Source: Pseudomonadota bacterium
Lineage (GTDB): Bacteria; Pseudomonadota; Gammaproteobacteria; Steroidobacterales; Woeseiaceae
Direction: 5' to 3'
Length of the DNA stretch: 64,000 nt
NCBI GenBank assembly: GCA_039821645.1
Contig: JBCBNU010000008.1
Coordinates: 1,576-65,575 of the forward strand
The notes beneath the pieces are model-generated. The model saw nothing but the letters and a program-made list of their open reading frames with translations. It searched no databases and had not been told where the DNA came from. The position numbers and the translations under genes are program-made. Positions 34,608 to 45,182 of this stretch are shown here, in pieces (the stretch's first letter is position 1; each line of letters opens with the position of its first letter).

Positions 34608-35762
34608 ATGCTCGACTTTGATCTTGGTGAAGACATCGAACTGCTACGTGACACGGTGCGCCAATTCGCACAGGCGGAGATTGCGCCGCGCGCGCAAGAC
34701 ATCGATCGCGACAATGCATTCCCGACAGACCTTTGGCCGAAGTTCGGCGAACTGGGTCTGCTCGGCATGACGGTTGCTGAGGAATATGGTGGCAGCGGCA
34801 TGGGCTATCTGGCTCATGCGATCGCTTATGAGGAAATCTCGCGAGCATCGGCCTCCGTTGGTCTGTCCTACGGCGCCCATTCGAACCTCTGTGTGAACCA
34901 GATATACCGCAACGGCACCGATGCGCAACGCGAAAAATACCTGCCCGCATTATGCGCAGGCACTGCAGTGGGTGCGCTCGCGATGTCGGAGCCCGGTGCA
35001 GGATCGGACGTGGTCAGCATGCGTTTGAAAGCCACCGCCGACGGCGACCATTTCGTACTCAACGGCAGCAAGATGTGGATCACGAACGGACCGGACGCCC
35101 AAACCTATGTGATCTATGCGAAGACTGACCCCGATGCCGGCTCTCGCGGGATCACCGCATTTATCGTGGAGCGCGATACCCCCGGATTCACACAGGGCCC
35201 GAAACTGGACAAGCTCGGTATGCGTGGCTCCAACACCTGCGAGCTGATTTTTGAGGACTGCCGGATACCCGCGCAGACCATGCTCGGGAAACTGAATGAG
35301 GGCGTGCGCGTTCTGATGTCTGGCCTAGACTATGAACGCGCCCTGCTGGCTGCGGGCCCCGTTGGCATCATGCAGGCGGCAATGGATGTGGTGCTGCCCT
35401 ACATCCACGAGCGCAAACAGTTCGATCGACCGATCGGCGAGTTTCAACTGATGCAAGGCAAAATCGCCGACATGTACGCGTCGTTGAACGCATCGCGTGG
35501 ATATCTGTACGCTGTGTGCCGCGCTTGCGACAACGGCCGTGTCAGTCGTGCGGATTGTGCGGCGGTCATACTCTACACCGCAGAGCGCGCAACGCAGGTC
35601 GCGCTCGAAGCGATTCAGGCGCTCGGTGGCAACGGCTATATCAACGACTACCCCACTGGGCGCTTGTTGCGCGATGCGAAGCTGTACGAAATCGGTGCCG
35701 GCACTTCCGAGGTGCGCCGCATGTTGGTCGGTCGTGAACTGTTCGCCGCATCCGCGGGCTAG
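34608..35762 (+). CDS. liuA: Isovaleryl-CoA dehydrogenase
   Basis: This 384-aa ACAD contains [13 protein letters not shown] and [32 protein letters not shown]. It lies in the liu operon. Confidence 0.85.
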   Translation: MLDFDLGEDIELLRDTVRQFAQAEIAPRAQDIDRDNAFPTDLWPKFGELGLLGMTVAEEYGGSGMGYLAHAIAYEEISRASASVGLSYGAHSNLCVNQIYRNGTDAQREKYLPALCAGTAVGALAMSEPGAGSDVVSMRLKATADGDHFVLNGSKMWITNGPDAQTYVIYAKTDPDAGSRGITAFIVERDTPGFTQGPKLDKLGMRGSNTCELIFEDCRIPAQTMLGKLNEGVRVLMSGLDYERALLAAGPVGIMQAAMDVVLPYIHERKQFDRPIGEFQLMQGKIADMYASLNASRGYLYAVCRACDNGRVSRADCAAVILYTAERATQVALEAIQALGGNGYINDYPTGRLLRDAKLYEIGAGTSEVRRMLVGRELFAASAG

Positions 35763-35771
35763 GAGAAAGCG

Positions 35772-36224
35772 ATGCCCGGTTTATATTTTGATGACACTCG
35801 AATCGGTCAGAAGATCGAGCACCGACTCCGACGCACTGTGACTGAGGCGGATAATGTCATGTTTTGTGCGATGACCCACAACCCGCAACCGCTGCATCTG
35901 GATGCCGAGTATGCGAGCAAGACCGAGTTCGGTCAGCGCGTCGTCAACAGTCTGTTCACGATGTCGCTGGCCGTCGGCATCAGCGTCGAGGACACCACCA
36001 ACGGCACGATCATTGCGAATCTCGGCTTCGGGGAAACACGCTTCACGAATCCAGTCTTTCATGGCGACACGCTGCGATTTGTCACCGAAGTCATCGACCG
36101 ACGTGATAGCAACTCGCGCCCCGATGCCGGCATCATCACGTTTCGCCACGAAGGCTTCAATCAACGCGAGGAAATGGTTTGCAGCATTACGCGAACCACG
36201 ATGCTACAGAGAAGCCCGACATGA
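35772..36224 (+). CDS. MaoC-like (hot-dog fold) enoyl-CoA hydratase
   Basis: This is a 150-aa single hot-dog protein. The segment MTHNPQPLHLDAEYA resembles the hydratase-2 D-x(4)-H region. Confidence 0.8.
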   Translation: MPGLYFDDTRIGQKIEHRLRRTVTEADNVMFCAMTHNPQPLHLDAEYASKTEFGQRVVNSLFTMSLAVGISVEDTTNGTIIANLGFGETRFTNPVFHGDTLRFVTEVIDRRDSNSRPDAGIITFRHEGFNQREEMVCSITRTTMLQRSPT

Positions 36225-37087
36225 GCGCTCGCGCGCGCTCATGGCTGTTTGTCCCCGGCGACAGCGAACGCAAGATTGAAAAGTCTGCCACCACCGACGC
36301 GGATGTCGTGGTGTATGACCTCGAGGACGCGGTGGTACCCGAGCGCCGTGCACATGCTCGCGAGCAAGTTGGCGCCATACTGCAGCGCTCCGTCGCTCCC
36401 GTTCAATGCGTACGCGTGAATCCTGTGGATACCGAAGCGTGTGCTCAAGACGTTGCGGCTGTCATGCCGCATGCTCCAGCCTGGATCATGCAGCCCAAGC
36501 TCCGCGGTGCAGCGTGCGCCGATCAACTCGCCGCACTCCTGCGCGACGTTGACAACAAAGCCGATGACGATCCGGAGGCGACACCTATCATCGCCATCGT
36601 CACGGAAACGCCGGAGATGGCGCTGAAGCTCCCCGCACTAAATTCCCTCAACCCACGGGTCCGCGCGATCACCTGGGGCGCCGAAGACCTGTCCGCTGCA
36701 CTCGGCGCTACGGCCACGCGCGACGCGAACGGCGACTGGTTATCGTTGTACCAACAGATGCGAAGTCAAACGTTACTGCTGGCAAGGTCGCTCGATGTGC
36801 TTGCGATCGACACACTGTTTGCTGACTTTCGGGATATCGCTGGGCTTATTCACTACGCGGCGGCTGCAGCACGTGACGGCTTTGATGGGCAGTTGGCGAT
36901 TCACCCCGCCCAGACCGACCCCATCAACACGGCATTTACCCCATCAGCAGAAGCACTTGAATACGCGCAACGCATCATCACTGCTTTCGCGGCAACACCC
37001 ACCGCCGGTGCTGTGCAACTCGACGGTCGCATGCTCGATCGACCGCATCTCACATTGGCCCAGAAACTGATCGCCCGCGCGGGTTAG
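36221..37087 (+). CDS. CitE/HpcH-family acyl-CoA lyase (citrate-lyase beta / malyl- or citramalyl-CoA lyase-like)
   Basis: The N-terminal signature is RSWLFVPGDSERKIEKSATTDADVVVYDLEDAV. Also present are ITWGAEDLSAALG and IHPAQ. The ATG at 36221 overlaps the MaoC stop (ATGA). Confidence 0.8.
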   Translation: MSARARSWLFVPGDSERKIEKSATTDADVVVYDLEDAVVPERRAHAREQVGAILQRSVAPVQCVRVNPVDTEACAQDVAAVMPHAPAWIMQPKLRGAACADQLAALLRDVDNKADDDPEATPIIAIVTETPEMALKLPALNSLNPRVRAITWGAEDLSAALGATATRDANGDWLSLYQQMRSQTLLLARSLDVLAIDTLFADFRDIAGLIHYAAAAARDGFDGQLAIHPAQTDPINTAFTPSAEALEYAQRIITAFAATPTAGAVQLDGRMLDRPHLTLAQKLIARAG

Positions 37088-37725
37088 ATCAAACCTAGCT
37101 CAATCGCTTTCAACACGGCGCGGGTGCGATCGCGCACGCCGAGCTTCGAGAGAATATTGGAGACCTGATTCTTGATCGTGCCTTCCGACTTGGACAGCGC
37201 CTGAGAAATTTCCTTGTTGCTGTAGCCCCCTGCCATCAGGCGAATGACCTCGGTCTCTCGCGGCGATAAGGGCTCGACGGCATCCGACGGCGTGTCGCCC
37301 GAACGCTCGCCTAACCCCTTCAACAGAGTCTGTGTCAGCGCGGGTTGAATCATGGTCTCGCCGCGTGCAACCGATTCGATCGCCGCCACGAGATCATCGA
37401 GCGAAACATCTTTAAGCAGGTAGCCCTTGGCGCCGGCACGAATACCGTCGAGCACCTGCTCATGGTCGTCAAAAGTTGTCAGGATAATCACCGGCACGCT
37501 CGAGCCGGCTTCGGTCAATGCACGAATTGCATCGGCACCGTTCAGGCGCGGCATACGCATGTCCATCAGGACAACATCGGGGTCGTGCGCTTCGACAAGT
37601 GCGACCGCCTCAGCACCATCATCGGCTTCGGCGACCACCTCGACGGCATCGGACAGCGCCAGTAAACCCGCGATGCCCTGTCGGACCAGCATCTGGTCAT
37701 CGATGAGCGCGACCCTTATCGGCAT
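37084..37725 (-). CDS. NarL/FixJ-type response regulator (REC domain plus LuxR HTH)
   Basis: The receiver domain contains DDQMLV...DVVLMDMRMP. The LuxR HTH is LSPRETEVIRLMAGGYSNKEISQAL. Confidence 0.9.
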   Translation of the reverse strand: MPIRVALIDDQMLVRQGIAGLLALSDAVEVVAEADDGAEAVALVEAHDPDVVLMDMRMPRLNGADAIRALTEAGSSVPVIILTTFDDHEQVLDGIRAGAKGYLLKDVSLDDLVAAIESVARGETMIQPALTQTLLKGLGERSGDTPSDAVEPLSPRETEVIRLMAGGYSNKEISQALSKSEGTIKNQVSNILSKLGVRDRTRAVLKAIELGLI

Positions 37726-38897
37726 TAGGCGGCTAAGGGAATCACGGCACGCAGCGCCACACCCTCTGGTGCCGGCTGAACTGCCAACGTACCGCCAACC
37801 GCTTGCAAACGTTCTCGCATGCCTTTGATGCCGTTGCCTTCGTCAAGCGATTCGGCGCCACCATCGTCACGGACGCTGACGTGCACTGCGCCATCTTCCT
37901 GATACACACGCACCCAGCTGTGCCGCGCGTTGCCGTGACGCAGCGAGTTAGTAATCGCTTCCTGCACACAGCGGATGATCGCATCCGCAATGTCGACATC
38001 CTCAACACTGACGGTCGCATCTACCTCCAGAGTGACGTCGAGCTGAGGCACGTTTTCCACCAACAATTCGAGCGAGCGACGCAGGTCAAGCGTGCCCTGA
38101 TCGCGCAACGAGGACACCGCCTCACGCACATCGGCCAACAAAAGCCGAGCCAATCCACGAGCTTGTTCAATGCGCTTGCGTGCTTCACCGTCGGCTTGGC
38201 GTTCTGCAATCTGAAGATTAATTGACAGCGCGGTGAGGTGGTGGCCGACCAGATCATGTAGGTCCCGCGCAATGCGAGTGCGTTCGCTTTGCCGCGACGC
38301 CTCGGACAACAAGTGTTGTGTGGCGACCAACTCGGCATACAACGCCTGAGTGTGATCGCGTGCTGCCTCAGCGCGCATCGCACTGCGTGCACTCATCAAG
38401 GCAAAGACATGAAACGTTGCGTATAGCGCCGTCGTCTCCACCGCGAAATCGTCACCCCATGAGAATGTCAGCATCGCCCACCACGCCAGCGTGACGCCGA
38501 ACAATGCCGCGAGGCAAGCACGCGATGGATACAGTGAGGGCATCATCGCGATCCAGATGATGGTAAAGATCTGTAGAAAATCAATGGAGATCAGACTGGC
38601 TAAGGCGAACACGCTCAGCAACTGAATCGCATGCAAGACCCGCCGAATCGTTAACGACCAGGCCTTGGTGTTCGATGCCAGCATCGCCACGAGGTACACG
38701 AGCAAGAGCGCGATGGTGGGTTCCAGCATCGCCATATAGGACACAGGATTCTTCGTCATCGTCCAAAGAACGATGCCACCGACCACAGCCCAGGTGCCGA
38801 TACCCGCATAAAAGTCGATACGCCACTGTTTCATTGGATTGTTCATAACCAGTATTGTGCCCTGCCTGCGGTATTGGGCAAATAGGCCAAAAGTCAT
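37725..38897 (-). CDS. Membrane sensor histidine kinase (HisKA_3 / NarX-DesK type)
   Basis: It has several N-terminal TM segments. The H-box is RIARDLHDLVGHHLTAL, the N-box is EAITNSLRHGNA and the G-box is DDGGAE...GNGIKGMRERL. The start is uncertain; an alternative is MNNPMK at 38846. Confidence 0.85.
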   Translation of the reverse strand: MTFGLFAQYRRQGTILVMNNPMKQWRIDFYAGIGTWAVVGGIVLWTMTKNPVSYMAMLEPTIALLLVYLVAMLASNTKAWSLTIRRVLHAIQLLSVFALASLISIDFLQIFTIIWIAMMPSLYPSRACLAALFGVTLAWWAMLTFSWGDDFAVETTALYATFHVFALMSARSAMRAEAARDHTQALYAELVATQHLLSEASRQSERTRIARDLHDLVGHHLTALSINLQIAERQADGEARKRIEQARGLARLLLADVREAVSSLRDQGTLDLRRSLELLVENVPQLDVTLEVDATVSVEDVDIADAIIRCVQEAITNSLRHGNARHSWVRVYQEDGAVHVSVRDDGGAESLDEGNGIKGMRERLQAVGGTLAVQPAPEGVALRAVIPLAA

Positions 38898-38977
38898 AGT
38901 GACAAGTCATGACAGGCGGCACTTCGAAGCGTGCGGTTCGCCGACGATACTGAGCTCACGCTAACGAGGAGTTCGTC

Positions 38978-39766
38978 ATGCACCATGTTCACCAGTCATT
39001 GCTCTACGCCCACATCGCCACTGGCCTCGTTGCCGTTATCGCCTTCTGGTTGCCGGTTGCCGCCCACAAAGGCTCTGACTGGCATATCCGGGCAGGCCGC
39101 TTCTACGTGTGGGCCATGTATGCAGTCACGGCCACCGCGTTTAGCATGTGTGTGCTGGTTCTGGTGAATCCTGTGGGCATCGCCGCTGAGGGCGAGTACA
39201 TCAGTGCCGAACGCGCTTGGTCAGTGCGCAGCAACGCCCAGACTTTTGCCGTATTCCTATTGATGCTATCGCTGCTGGTGTTGAGTGCGCTCAGACATGG
39301 ACTGCTCGCACTGCGCCTGAAATCCGATGCAAACGTTCTGAAGCGCCCGATGCACCGCGCGCTGATTATCGCGCTCGGTGTGGTCAGCGTACTCGTCGGA
39401 TGGGTGGGCGTTGACCAGGGCCGCATCCTGCTGATGGTCTTTGCTGTGCTCGGCATCAACGGCGCCATTCGCATGTTTCGCGAAACGCTTCGTTCCGAAT
39501 GGACCCGAGGCGAAATGGTATTCGCCCATCTGAACGGCCTGCTTGGCACCGGCATCGGCGCGTACACCGCGGTATTCGCATTCGGCGGTTCGAGACTGCT
39601 GGCCGAGTTGCTGCCCGGCCAGCTGCAAGTGATTCCATGGGTGACACCAGCGATCGTCGGCACGATCGTGGTCGCACGCATGAAGCGGCGCTATGTCCGC
39701 AAGACCACCGAACCCCGACGCGCCGGCGCGGTCGCATCAATCAAGGCGGCGCTGACACGAGCATAG
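38978..39766 (+). CDS. Polytopic inner-membrane protein of unknown function
   Basis: It has about 6 hydrophobic segments and I recognised no catalytic motif. Confidence 0.55.
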   Translation: MHHVHQSLLYAHIATGLVAVIAFWLPVAAHKGSDWHIRAGRFYVWAMYAVTATAFSMCVLVLVNPVGIAAEGEYISAERAWSVRSNAQTFAVFLLMLSLLVLSALRHGLLALRLKSDANVLKRPMHRALIIALGVVSVLVGWVGVDQGRILLMVFAVLGINGAIRMFRETLRSEWTRGEMVFAHLNGLLGTGIGAYTAVFAFGGSRLLAELLPGQLQVIPWVTPAIVGTIVVARMKRRYVRKTTEPRRAGAVASIKAALTRA

Positions 39767-39819
39767 TCACCATGACCCAACTCAATTCCAACTACACTCA
39801 ACGCCTGGAGGATAAAATC

Positions 39820-40815
39820 ATGTCGCGCATAGAAACGATTATCCGAAACCTGCCGCTGGTCTTGCTGCTGATGCTGGCGGCATCGATGGCACGTGCGAAT
39901 ACCCTCGACGACATTGCTACCGCACTGGAAAACGGCCAAACCACCGAAGCACAGGCAATGCTCGACGCTCTGGGTGACGACGCAACCGCGCCCGAAGTCC
40001 AATTATTACAAGGTCAGCTTTGGGTGCAGACCAACCAACTGGATGAGGCGTTTGAACTTCTGAGTCAAGTCACCGAAGCGCGCCCTGACAACGCGGACGC
40101 GCAGTACTGGCTCGGCGCTGCTGCCGGAAGCCTTGCTGCCAACGTCAGCATGTTCAAAGCAGGAAAGTACGCTCGCATCGTCAAGCGCGCGTTCACGCGC
40201 ACCATCGAAATCGATCCCGAGTACGAAGACGCCTACGCAGGGCTGATCAGCTTTCATCTGCAGGCGCCACGCATTGTTGGCGGCAGCAAGAAAGAGGCAC
40301 AAGCACTGGCCGAAAAACTGCAAACCCTCGATCCATTGCAAGGTGGTTTGTCTCTCGTCGACGTCTACCGTCAAACGCGGCGCGAAGACGAGGCGCGTGA
40401 ATTGCTGAAAGCCATGGCCGAGAGCATGCCCGACGAGCCGCGCGCGTGGAGTTCGCTGGGTTTTCAGGCACAAGGTGATGAGGATTGGGAAACCGCCCAC
40501 GAGGCTTTTAGCAAGGGTGCGAAGGCCGGCGATGATAGCCTTGAGCAAACTCGGGCACGGCTCGGCGCGCTCTACCAAGTTGGGCGCACTGCCGTTTTTG
40601 CGAACACCAACCTTGAAGCCGGTATTGAAGCATTGGACGACTACTTGAAGGCCGACCTGCCCGACGGGCTGCCGGGTAAGGACTGGGCACACTATCGCAA
40701 AGGGCTGTTGCTCGAGGCGTCAGACAACAAGAGCGCCGCATTGACCGCCTATACAAATGCCAGGGCGATTACCGAAGATGAGGAATTGTTGGCGCAACTC
40801 GGCCGCAAGCTCTAA
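39820..40815 (+). CDS. Secreted TPR-repeat protein
   Basis: The signal peptide is LPLVLLLMLAASMARA. TPR-like helical repeats include AQYWLGAAAGS and AYAGLISFHL. The ATG at 39820 has GGAGGA upstream. The track start at 39499 overlaps the previous gene. Confidence 0.7.
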   Translation: MSRIETIIRNLPLVLLLMLAASMARANTLDDIATALENGQTTEAQAMLDALGDDATAPEVQLLQGQLWVQTNQLDEAFELLSQVTEARPDNADAQYWLGAAAGSLAANVSMFKAGKYARIVKRAFTRTIEIDPEYEDAYAGLISFHLQAPRIVGGSKKEAQALAEKLQTLDPLQGGLSLVDVYRQTRREDEARELLKAMAESMPDEPRAWSSLGFQAQGDEDWETAHEAFSKGAKAGDDSLEQTRARLGALYQVGRTAVFANTNLEAGIEALDDYLKADLPDGLPGKDWAHYRKGLLLEASDNKSAALTAYTNARAITEDEELLAQLGRKL

Positions 40816-40818
40816 TAA

Positions 40819-41880
40819 TCAAGACTCAGGCGTGTGGCGCTCGAGAAATGTGATCAGGTCGTTCATGAAGGGGTGATAAAAATCATCCGCCTCCTCGAAC
40901 AGACAGTGCCGGGCTTCGGCGTAGACCTTTCCTTCACAGTTTGACAGCGCCGCACACGCCGCCTCTGACTTGGCGTTATCTACGAACGTGTCGTTCTCAG
41001 CGAGCGGCATCCACACCGGCAACGTGAGCTCTTTTAGCGTCTTTGCCTGCGCAGCGCTCGCACCGGATTCAAGCATCGCAATAAGGAAATCATTGGTTAG
41101 CCCGCCCACCTTCAGCGCTGGATCGGCGACCATCCACGAGTACCACAGACGCGTACGCGGGTTCGGATGACTGCAGTCACTCGCTTCGAGATTGTGTACC
41201 TGCAGATCATATGACCAGTCCGTGGTGCCCGGCGCATAGCGTTCACCCAGACCCATGCCCCGCAGCATAATCAACAGGGCCTTCTCGACCGAGCTCGGGC
41301 GATCCCCATACAAGCCATAAGCCGGCGTGATCAGAGCCGCTGCTGTAACCGAGTCGCCATCGGCAGTGGCGAGCACACGGGTGCCGAGCTGTGCACCCAT
41401 CGAAAGCCCCACTACAAACACCGGCAGGTTGGGGTAGACCTCGCGCGCGGTTCGGATCGCTGCCCGGCCGGCGGTCACATGAGGATCCAGAGAGGTGGCA
41501 TGGATTTTTTGCGGATTCGCGAGTGGACGGGCGCTGCCGCCCTGAGAGGGCCAATCGATCCCAACCACCGCGTAGCCCTCGTCCATCAGGCGCGTGAACG
41601 ATTCATAGTAAATGTTGAGTGGTGCGGAATAGCCCGGAAAGAATACGACCACCCCTGTCGGCGCGAACTGCGAGCCCAGCCCGATTCGAACGGTCCCCGC
41701 ACCATCCACTTTCAATTCACGCGTAGTCCAGTCCTCGGGTTTAGCAAACCTCGGGTCGTCGAGGACATCGGTCGCGTTGTCGGGAATCGCCACCAGGGGC
41801 GCGGGTTGCTCGCGCGATACCCACAATACCGCACCGAACACCAGCACGAGAAGAACAATGACGAACAACCAGCGATTCAT
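40819..41880 (-). CDS. Membrane-anchored alpha/beta hydrolase (lysophospholipase/monoacylglycerol-lipase-like)
   Basis: It has an N-terminal TM segment (WLFVIVLLVLVFGAVLWV). The nucleophile elbow is VVGLSMGAQLG. A His lies near the C-terminus (EARHCLFEE). Confidence 0.75.
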   Translation of the reverse strand: MNRWLFVIVLLVLVFGAVLWVSREQPAPLVAIPDNATDVLDDPRFAKPEDWTTRELKVDGAGTVRIGLGSQFAPTGVVVFFPGYSAPLNIYYESFTRLMDEGYAVVGIDWPSQGGSARPLANPQKIHATSLDPHVTAGRAAIRTAREVYPNLPVFVVGLSMGAQLGTRVLATADGDSVTAAALITPAYGLYGDRPSSVEKALLIMLRGMGLGERYAPGTTDWSYDLQVHNLEASDCSHPNPRTRLWYSWMVADPALKVGGLTNDFLIAMLESGASAAQAKTLKELTLPVWMPLAENDTFVDNAKSEAACAALSNCEGKVYAEARHCLFEEADDFYHPFMNDLITFLERHTPES

Positions 41881-41909
41881 GCGGCGATTCTATCGAGCCG
41901 ACACGGGAA

Positions 41910-44900
41910 TCACACCTCGTCGCGCTTGTGTTCCGGACCGGATGCAGAGAATCCCGCTCCGGAAACTGTGCGACCCGTCGGCGCTGGCTGCGTACCACTG
42001 AGTGTCTCTCTGAGCTTGCGCCACACAGCGGAGCAACCATCAAAGAAGTCCTGCCGAAGCATGTACAGCACCGGCACCATCACGAGGGTTATTACCGTAG
42101 CAAAGATGATACCGAAACTCAGGCTGACCGCCATCGGAATCACAAACTGCGCCTGAGCGCTGGTCTCGAGCATGATCGGTATCAGACCGATTGCGGTCGT
42201 CAAAGACGTCAGAATAATCGCACGGAAACGCGCTTTGCCCGACTGCACCACCGCCTGCTCCAACGCTACGCCCTCTTCGCGCGCCTTGTTGATGAAATCC
42301 ACCATGATCAGGCTGTCGTTTACCACCACGCCGGCCAGGGCAATCAATCCAAAGCAGGAGAACATGCTTACCGGCATATCGAGAATCAGGTGACCAATCA
42401 GTGCTCCGACGAAGCCGAACGGGATCACCGACATGATCATCAACGGCTGCGAATACGACTTCAGAGGAATCGCAATCAGTGCGTAAATCAGAAATAGCGC
42501 CGCAATCGAGGCATAACCAAGATTTTCGATGAACTCCTGCTCTTCAAGGCTGGCGCCCTCCAGCTTGTACTCAACACCGGGGTAGCGCTCGAGAATGCCG
42601 GGAATAACCCGTGCTGTCATATCCGCAATGATCGTACCGGGCTGCGACACCAGCGTATCGAGATCGGACGAGACCGTTACAGTGCGTTCACCGTTCTGGC
42701 GTGAAATTGCTGAATAAGCACTACCGTAGGTCGCCTTGGCTACCTCGCCGAACGGTACACGATCACCCTCAGGCGTCGTCACCAGCAGCGTCTCAAGGTC
42801 ATAGACAGAACGCCGGTCAGACTCCGGGAATCGAAGCATCACGCGGACCTCATCGCTACCACGTTGAATGCGCTGCACCTCCTCACCAAAAAAGGCCTGG
42901 CGAACCTGAGTGCCCAGCGAATTTAGCGTGATCCCGAGCGCCTCACCTTTCGGCTTGATCTCCAATTCGATCTCGTCACCTGCGGCGCTCGCCGAATTGC
43001 GAACATCGAACACACCCGGGTATGCCGAAAGTGCCTGAGTGACTTCTTCGGCTGCCGCCTCCATCGAAACAATGTTCTCGCTGGTAAGCGCAAAACTCAG
43101 CGGTGCACCGCCGCCAAAGGTCTGGCCATTCGTGAACTGCAGCGAGCGTACGCCCGGCAACTCACCTACCGCCTCGCGCCAGCGCGCTGCGTACTCGTCA
43201 CCGTCAATCAATTGGTCCTCGGTTGGCAACATCTCGATGATGACGCTGCCGCGTGTGCCGGTCTCGGTGAACGTCGCGGTATATTGCACCGGTTTTTCAG
43301 CGCCGGGGTTGTCTTCGAGGAAAGCTTCTTCAACCGCATACATTGCCTCCTCGATTTTCAAGAGCGTCGCATTACGATCCTCTTCCGGTGTGCCTGTCTG
43401 CATCGACACTGATGCGAACAGATAGTCTCCGGGCAGCGTCGGAAAAATAACGAGTCTGAGCGTGCCGCTTGCGAATAAACCACCCGCGAGAATGATCATC
43501 GCAAGGAAGGCGGTGAATGACACCGCACGCCAGCGCAGAGCCATTTGCAATAATGGCCCGTACACCCGATCGATGATCCAGTGCAAACCATGCTGCGTAC
43601 GTCGTTGTAGGCGTTGGAAGAATTTGCTAACCCACTGCAGCGGATTCATGCTCTTCGCATAGGGACTGAAAATCTTCTCCTCGTCGACCGGTTCGATTTT
43701 CGCGTGCGCCAAATGCGCTGGCAGTATCAACTTTGACTCCACCAGAGAAAAGATCAGGCACAAACTGACAACGACCGACACAGCTTCGAGGAAAGACCCG
43801 GCGACACCGCCAACAAACAGCATGGGCGCAAACGCGGCGATGGTCGTAAGCACACCGAAAGTGGCCGTGAGCGCGACTTTGTTCGCACCTAGAATCACGT
43901 TATCTACCGAATGCCCATCAGCACGCGTCTTTGTGTAGATACTCTCGCCAATGATGATGGCGTCATCCACCACAATACCGAGTACCAGTATGAAACCGAA
44001 CAGGCTGATGACATTGATTGTGACCGGCCACGGTGTGTAGGGCAGCAGCGCAACCGCGCCAAAGAAGGTCACCGGAATGCCGATCATGACCCATAGTGCA
44101 AATTTTAATCGCAGAAACAGACTGAGCACGATGAACACGAGCAGCAAACCCTGCCAGAGGTTTTTGAACATCATGTCGAGTCGCTGCTGTAGGTAAGATG
44201 CACGATCTACCCAAGTCACGATCTGTACTGAGTCGGGGAGCGTCTTGCGGAACTCTTTCACGTAGTCTTTGACGTACTTTGCGGTATCCAACTCGTTTTG
44301 CTGGCCGCCTGCCATCACCTGCATGTTGACAACCGACTGCTGATTGAGGCGACTAAAACCTTTGCTTTCGACAAAACCATCGTCAATACGAGCGATGTCC
44401 GATAGCGTTAGCCGGGTTCCGTCTGCGAATGTTCGCACCGCGATATCGGCATATTCCTGTCCAGTGAAGGCCTGGCCTTGTGTGCGCAATCGGATGTCGC
44501 CGCGGTCCGTTTTGATCGTGCCGCCCGGGATGTCACGAGCGCCGTTGCGAATCGCATTGGAGATCTCTGTCATCGTTAGGCCATAGCGCTCGAGTGTTGC
44601 CTGAGACACTTCGAAGCTGATTTCGTAGGCGCGGTCACCCAGGTACTGCACGTCGTTGATGCCCGGCAGTTTCAAAATACCGTCTCTGACATCCTTGGCG
44701 ACCTCTTTGCGCGCATAGGCATCCATATCGCCAAACACGGAAATGAAGATCACCGGGATCGGTACTTCAATGCGCTCGATGACCGGTTCCTCAGCCAGTT
44801 CCGGGAACGTATCGATCGCATCTACGCGCGTTTTAACCTGCGTTTGAACCTGATCGAGACTTGCGCTCGGTTCCAGCTCGATCGACACCGAGCCCGATCC

Positions 44901-45173
44901 TTCGCTGGCTGTCGAGGTGATTTCCGAGATGCCCGGAACGTCCTGCAGCGCCTCTTCGATGCGGATCAATATGCCCTGCTCAACCTCCTGCGGCGCAGCG
45001 CCGGGATACGGCACTCTGACGCTGATGATGTTCACCTCGAACTCGGGCGTCGTTTGCTTGCGGATCGTGGACGAGACGTAGAGGCCCGCCAGCACGATCA
45101 CCGCCAACAGAAGATTGGCCGCAACCGGGTTGCGTGCAAACCAGGCAATTAGTCCAGTAGGCTTTTCACTCAT
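41910..45173 (-). CDS. RND-family efflux transporter (AcrB/HAE-type inner-membrane pump)
   Basis: The 1087-aa protein has a 12-TM layout with two large periplasmic loops. Typical blocks include FARNPVAANLLLAVIVLAG and VVDDAIIIGESI. Confidence 0.9.
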   Translation of the reverse strand: MSEKPTGLIAWFARNPVAANLLLAVIVLAGLYVSSTIRKQTTPEFEVNIISVRVPYPGAAPQEVEQGILIRIEEALQDVPGISEITSTASEGSGSVSIELEPSASLDQVQTQVKTRVDAIDTFPELAEEPVIERIEVPIPVIFISVFGDMDAYARKEVAKDVRDGILKLPGINDVQYLGDRAYEISFEVSQATLERYGLTMTEISNAIRNGARDIPGGTIKTDRGDIRLRTQGQAFTGQEYADIAVRTFADGTRLTLSDIARIDDGFVESKGFSRLNQQSVVNMQVMAGGQQNELDTAKYVKDYVKEFRKTLPDSVQIVTWVDRASYLQQRLDMMFKNLWQGLLLVFIVLSLFLRLKFALWVMIGIPVTFFGAVALLPYTPWPVTINVISLFGFILVLGIVVDDAIIIGESIYTKTRADGHSVDNVILGANKVALTATFGVLTTIAAFAPMLFVGGVAGSFLEAVSVVVSLCLIFSLVESKLILPAHLAHAKIEPVDEEKIFSPYAKSMNPLQWVSKFFQRLQRRTQHGLHWIIDRVYGPLLQMALRWRAVSFTAFLAMIILAGGLFASGTLRLVIFPTLPGDYLFASVSMQTGTPEEDRNATLLKIEEAMYAVEEAFLEDNPGAEKPVQYTATFTETGTRGSVIIEMLPTEDQLIDGDEYAARWREAVGELPGVRSLQFTNGQTFGGGAPLSFALTSENIVSMEAAAEEVTQALSAYPGVFDVRNSASAAGDEIELEIKPKGEALGITLNSLGTQVRQAFFGEEVQRIQRGSDEVRVMLRFPESDRRSVYDLETLLVTTPEGDRVPFGEVAKATYGSAYSAISRQNGERTVTVSSDLDTLVSQPGTIIADMTARVIPGILERYPGVEYKLEGASLEEQEFIENLGYASIAALFLIYALIAIPLKSYSQPLMIMSVIPFGFVGALIGHLILDMPVSMFSCFGLIALAGVVVNDSLIMVDFINKAREEGVALEQAVVQSGKARFRAIILTSLTTAIGLIPIMLETSAQAQFVIPMAVSLSFGIIFATVITLVMVPVLYMLRQDFFDGCSAVWRKLRETLSGTQPAPTGRTVSGAGFSASGPEHKRDEV

Positions 45174-45182
45174 CGCACCGTC

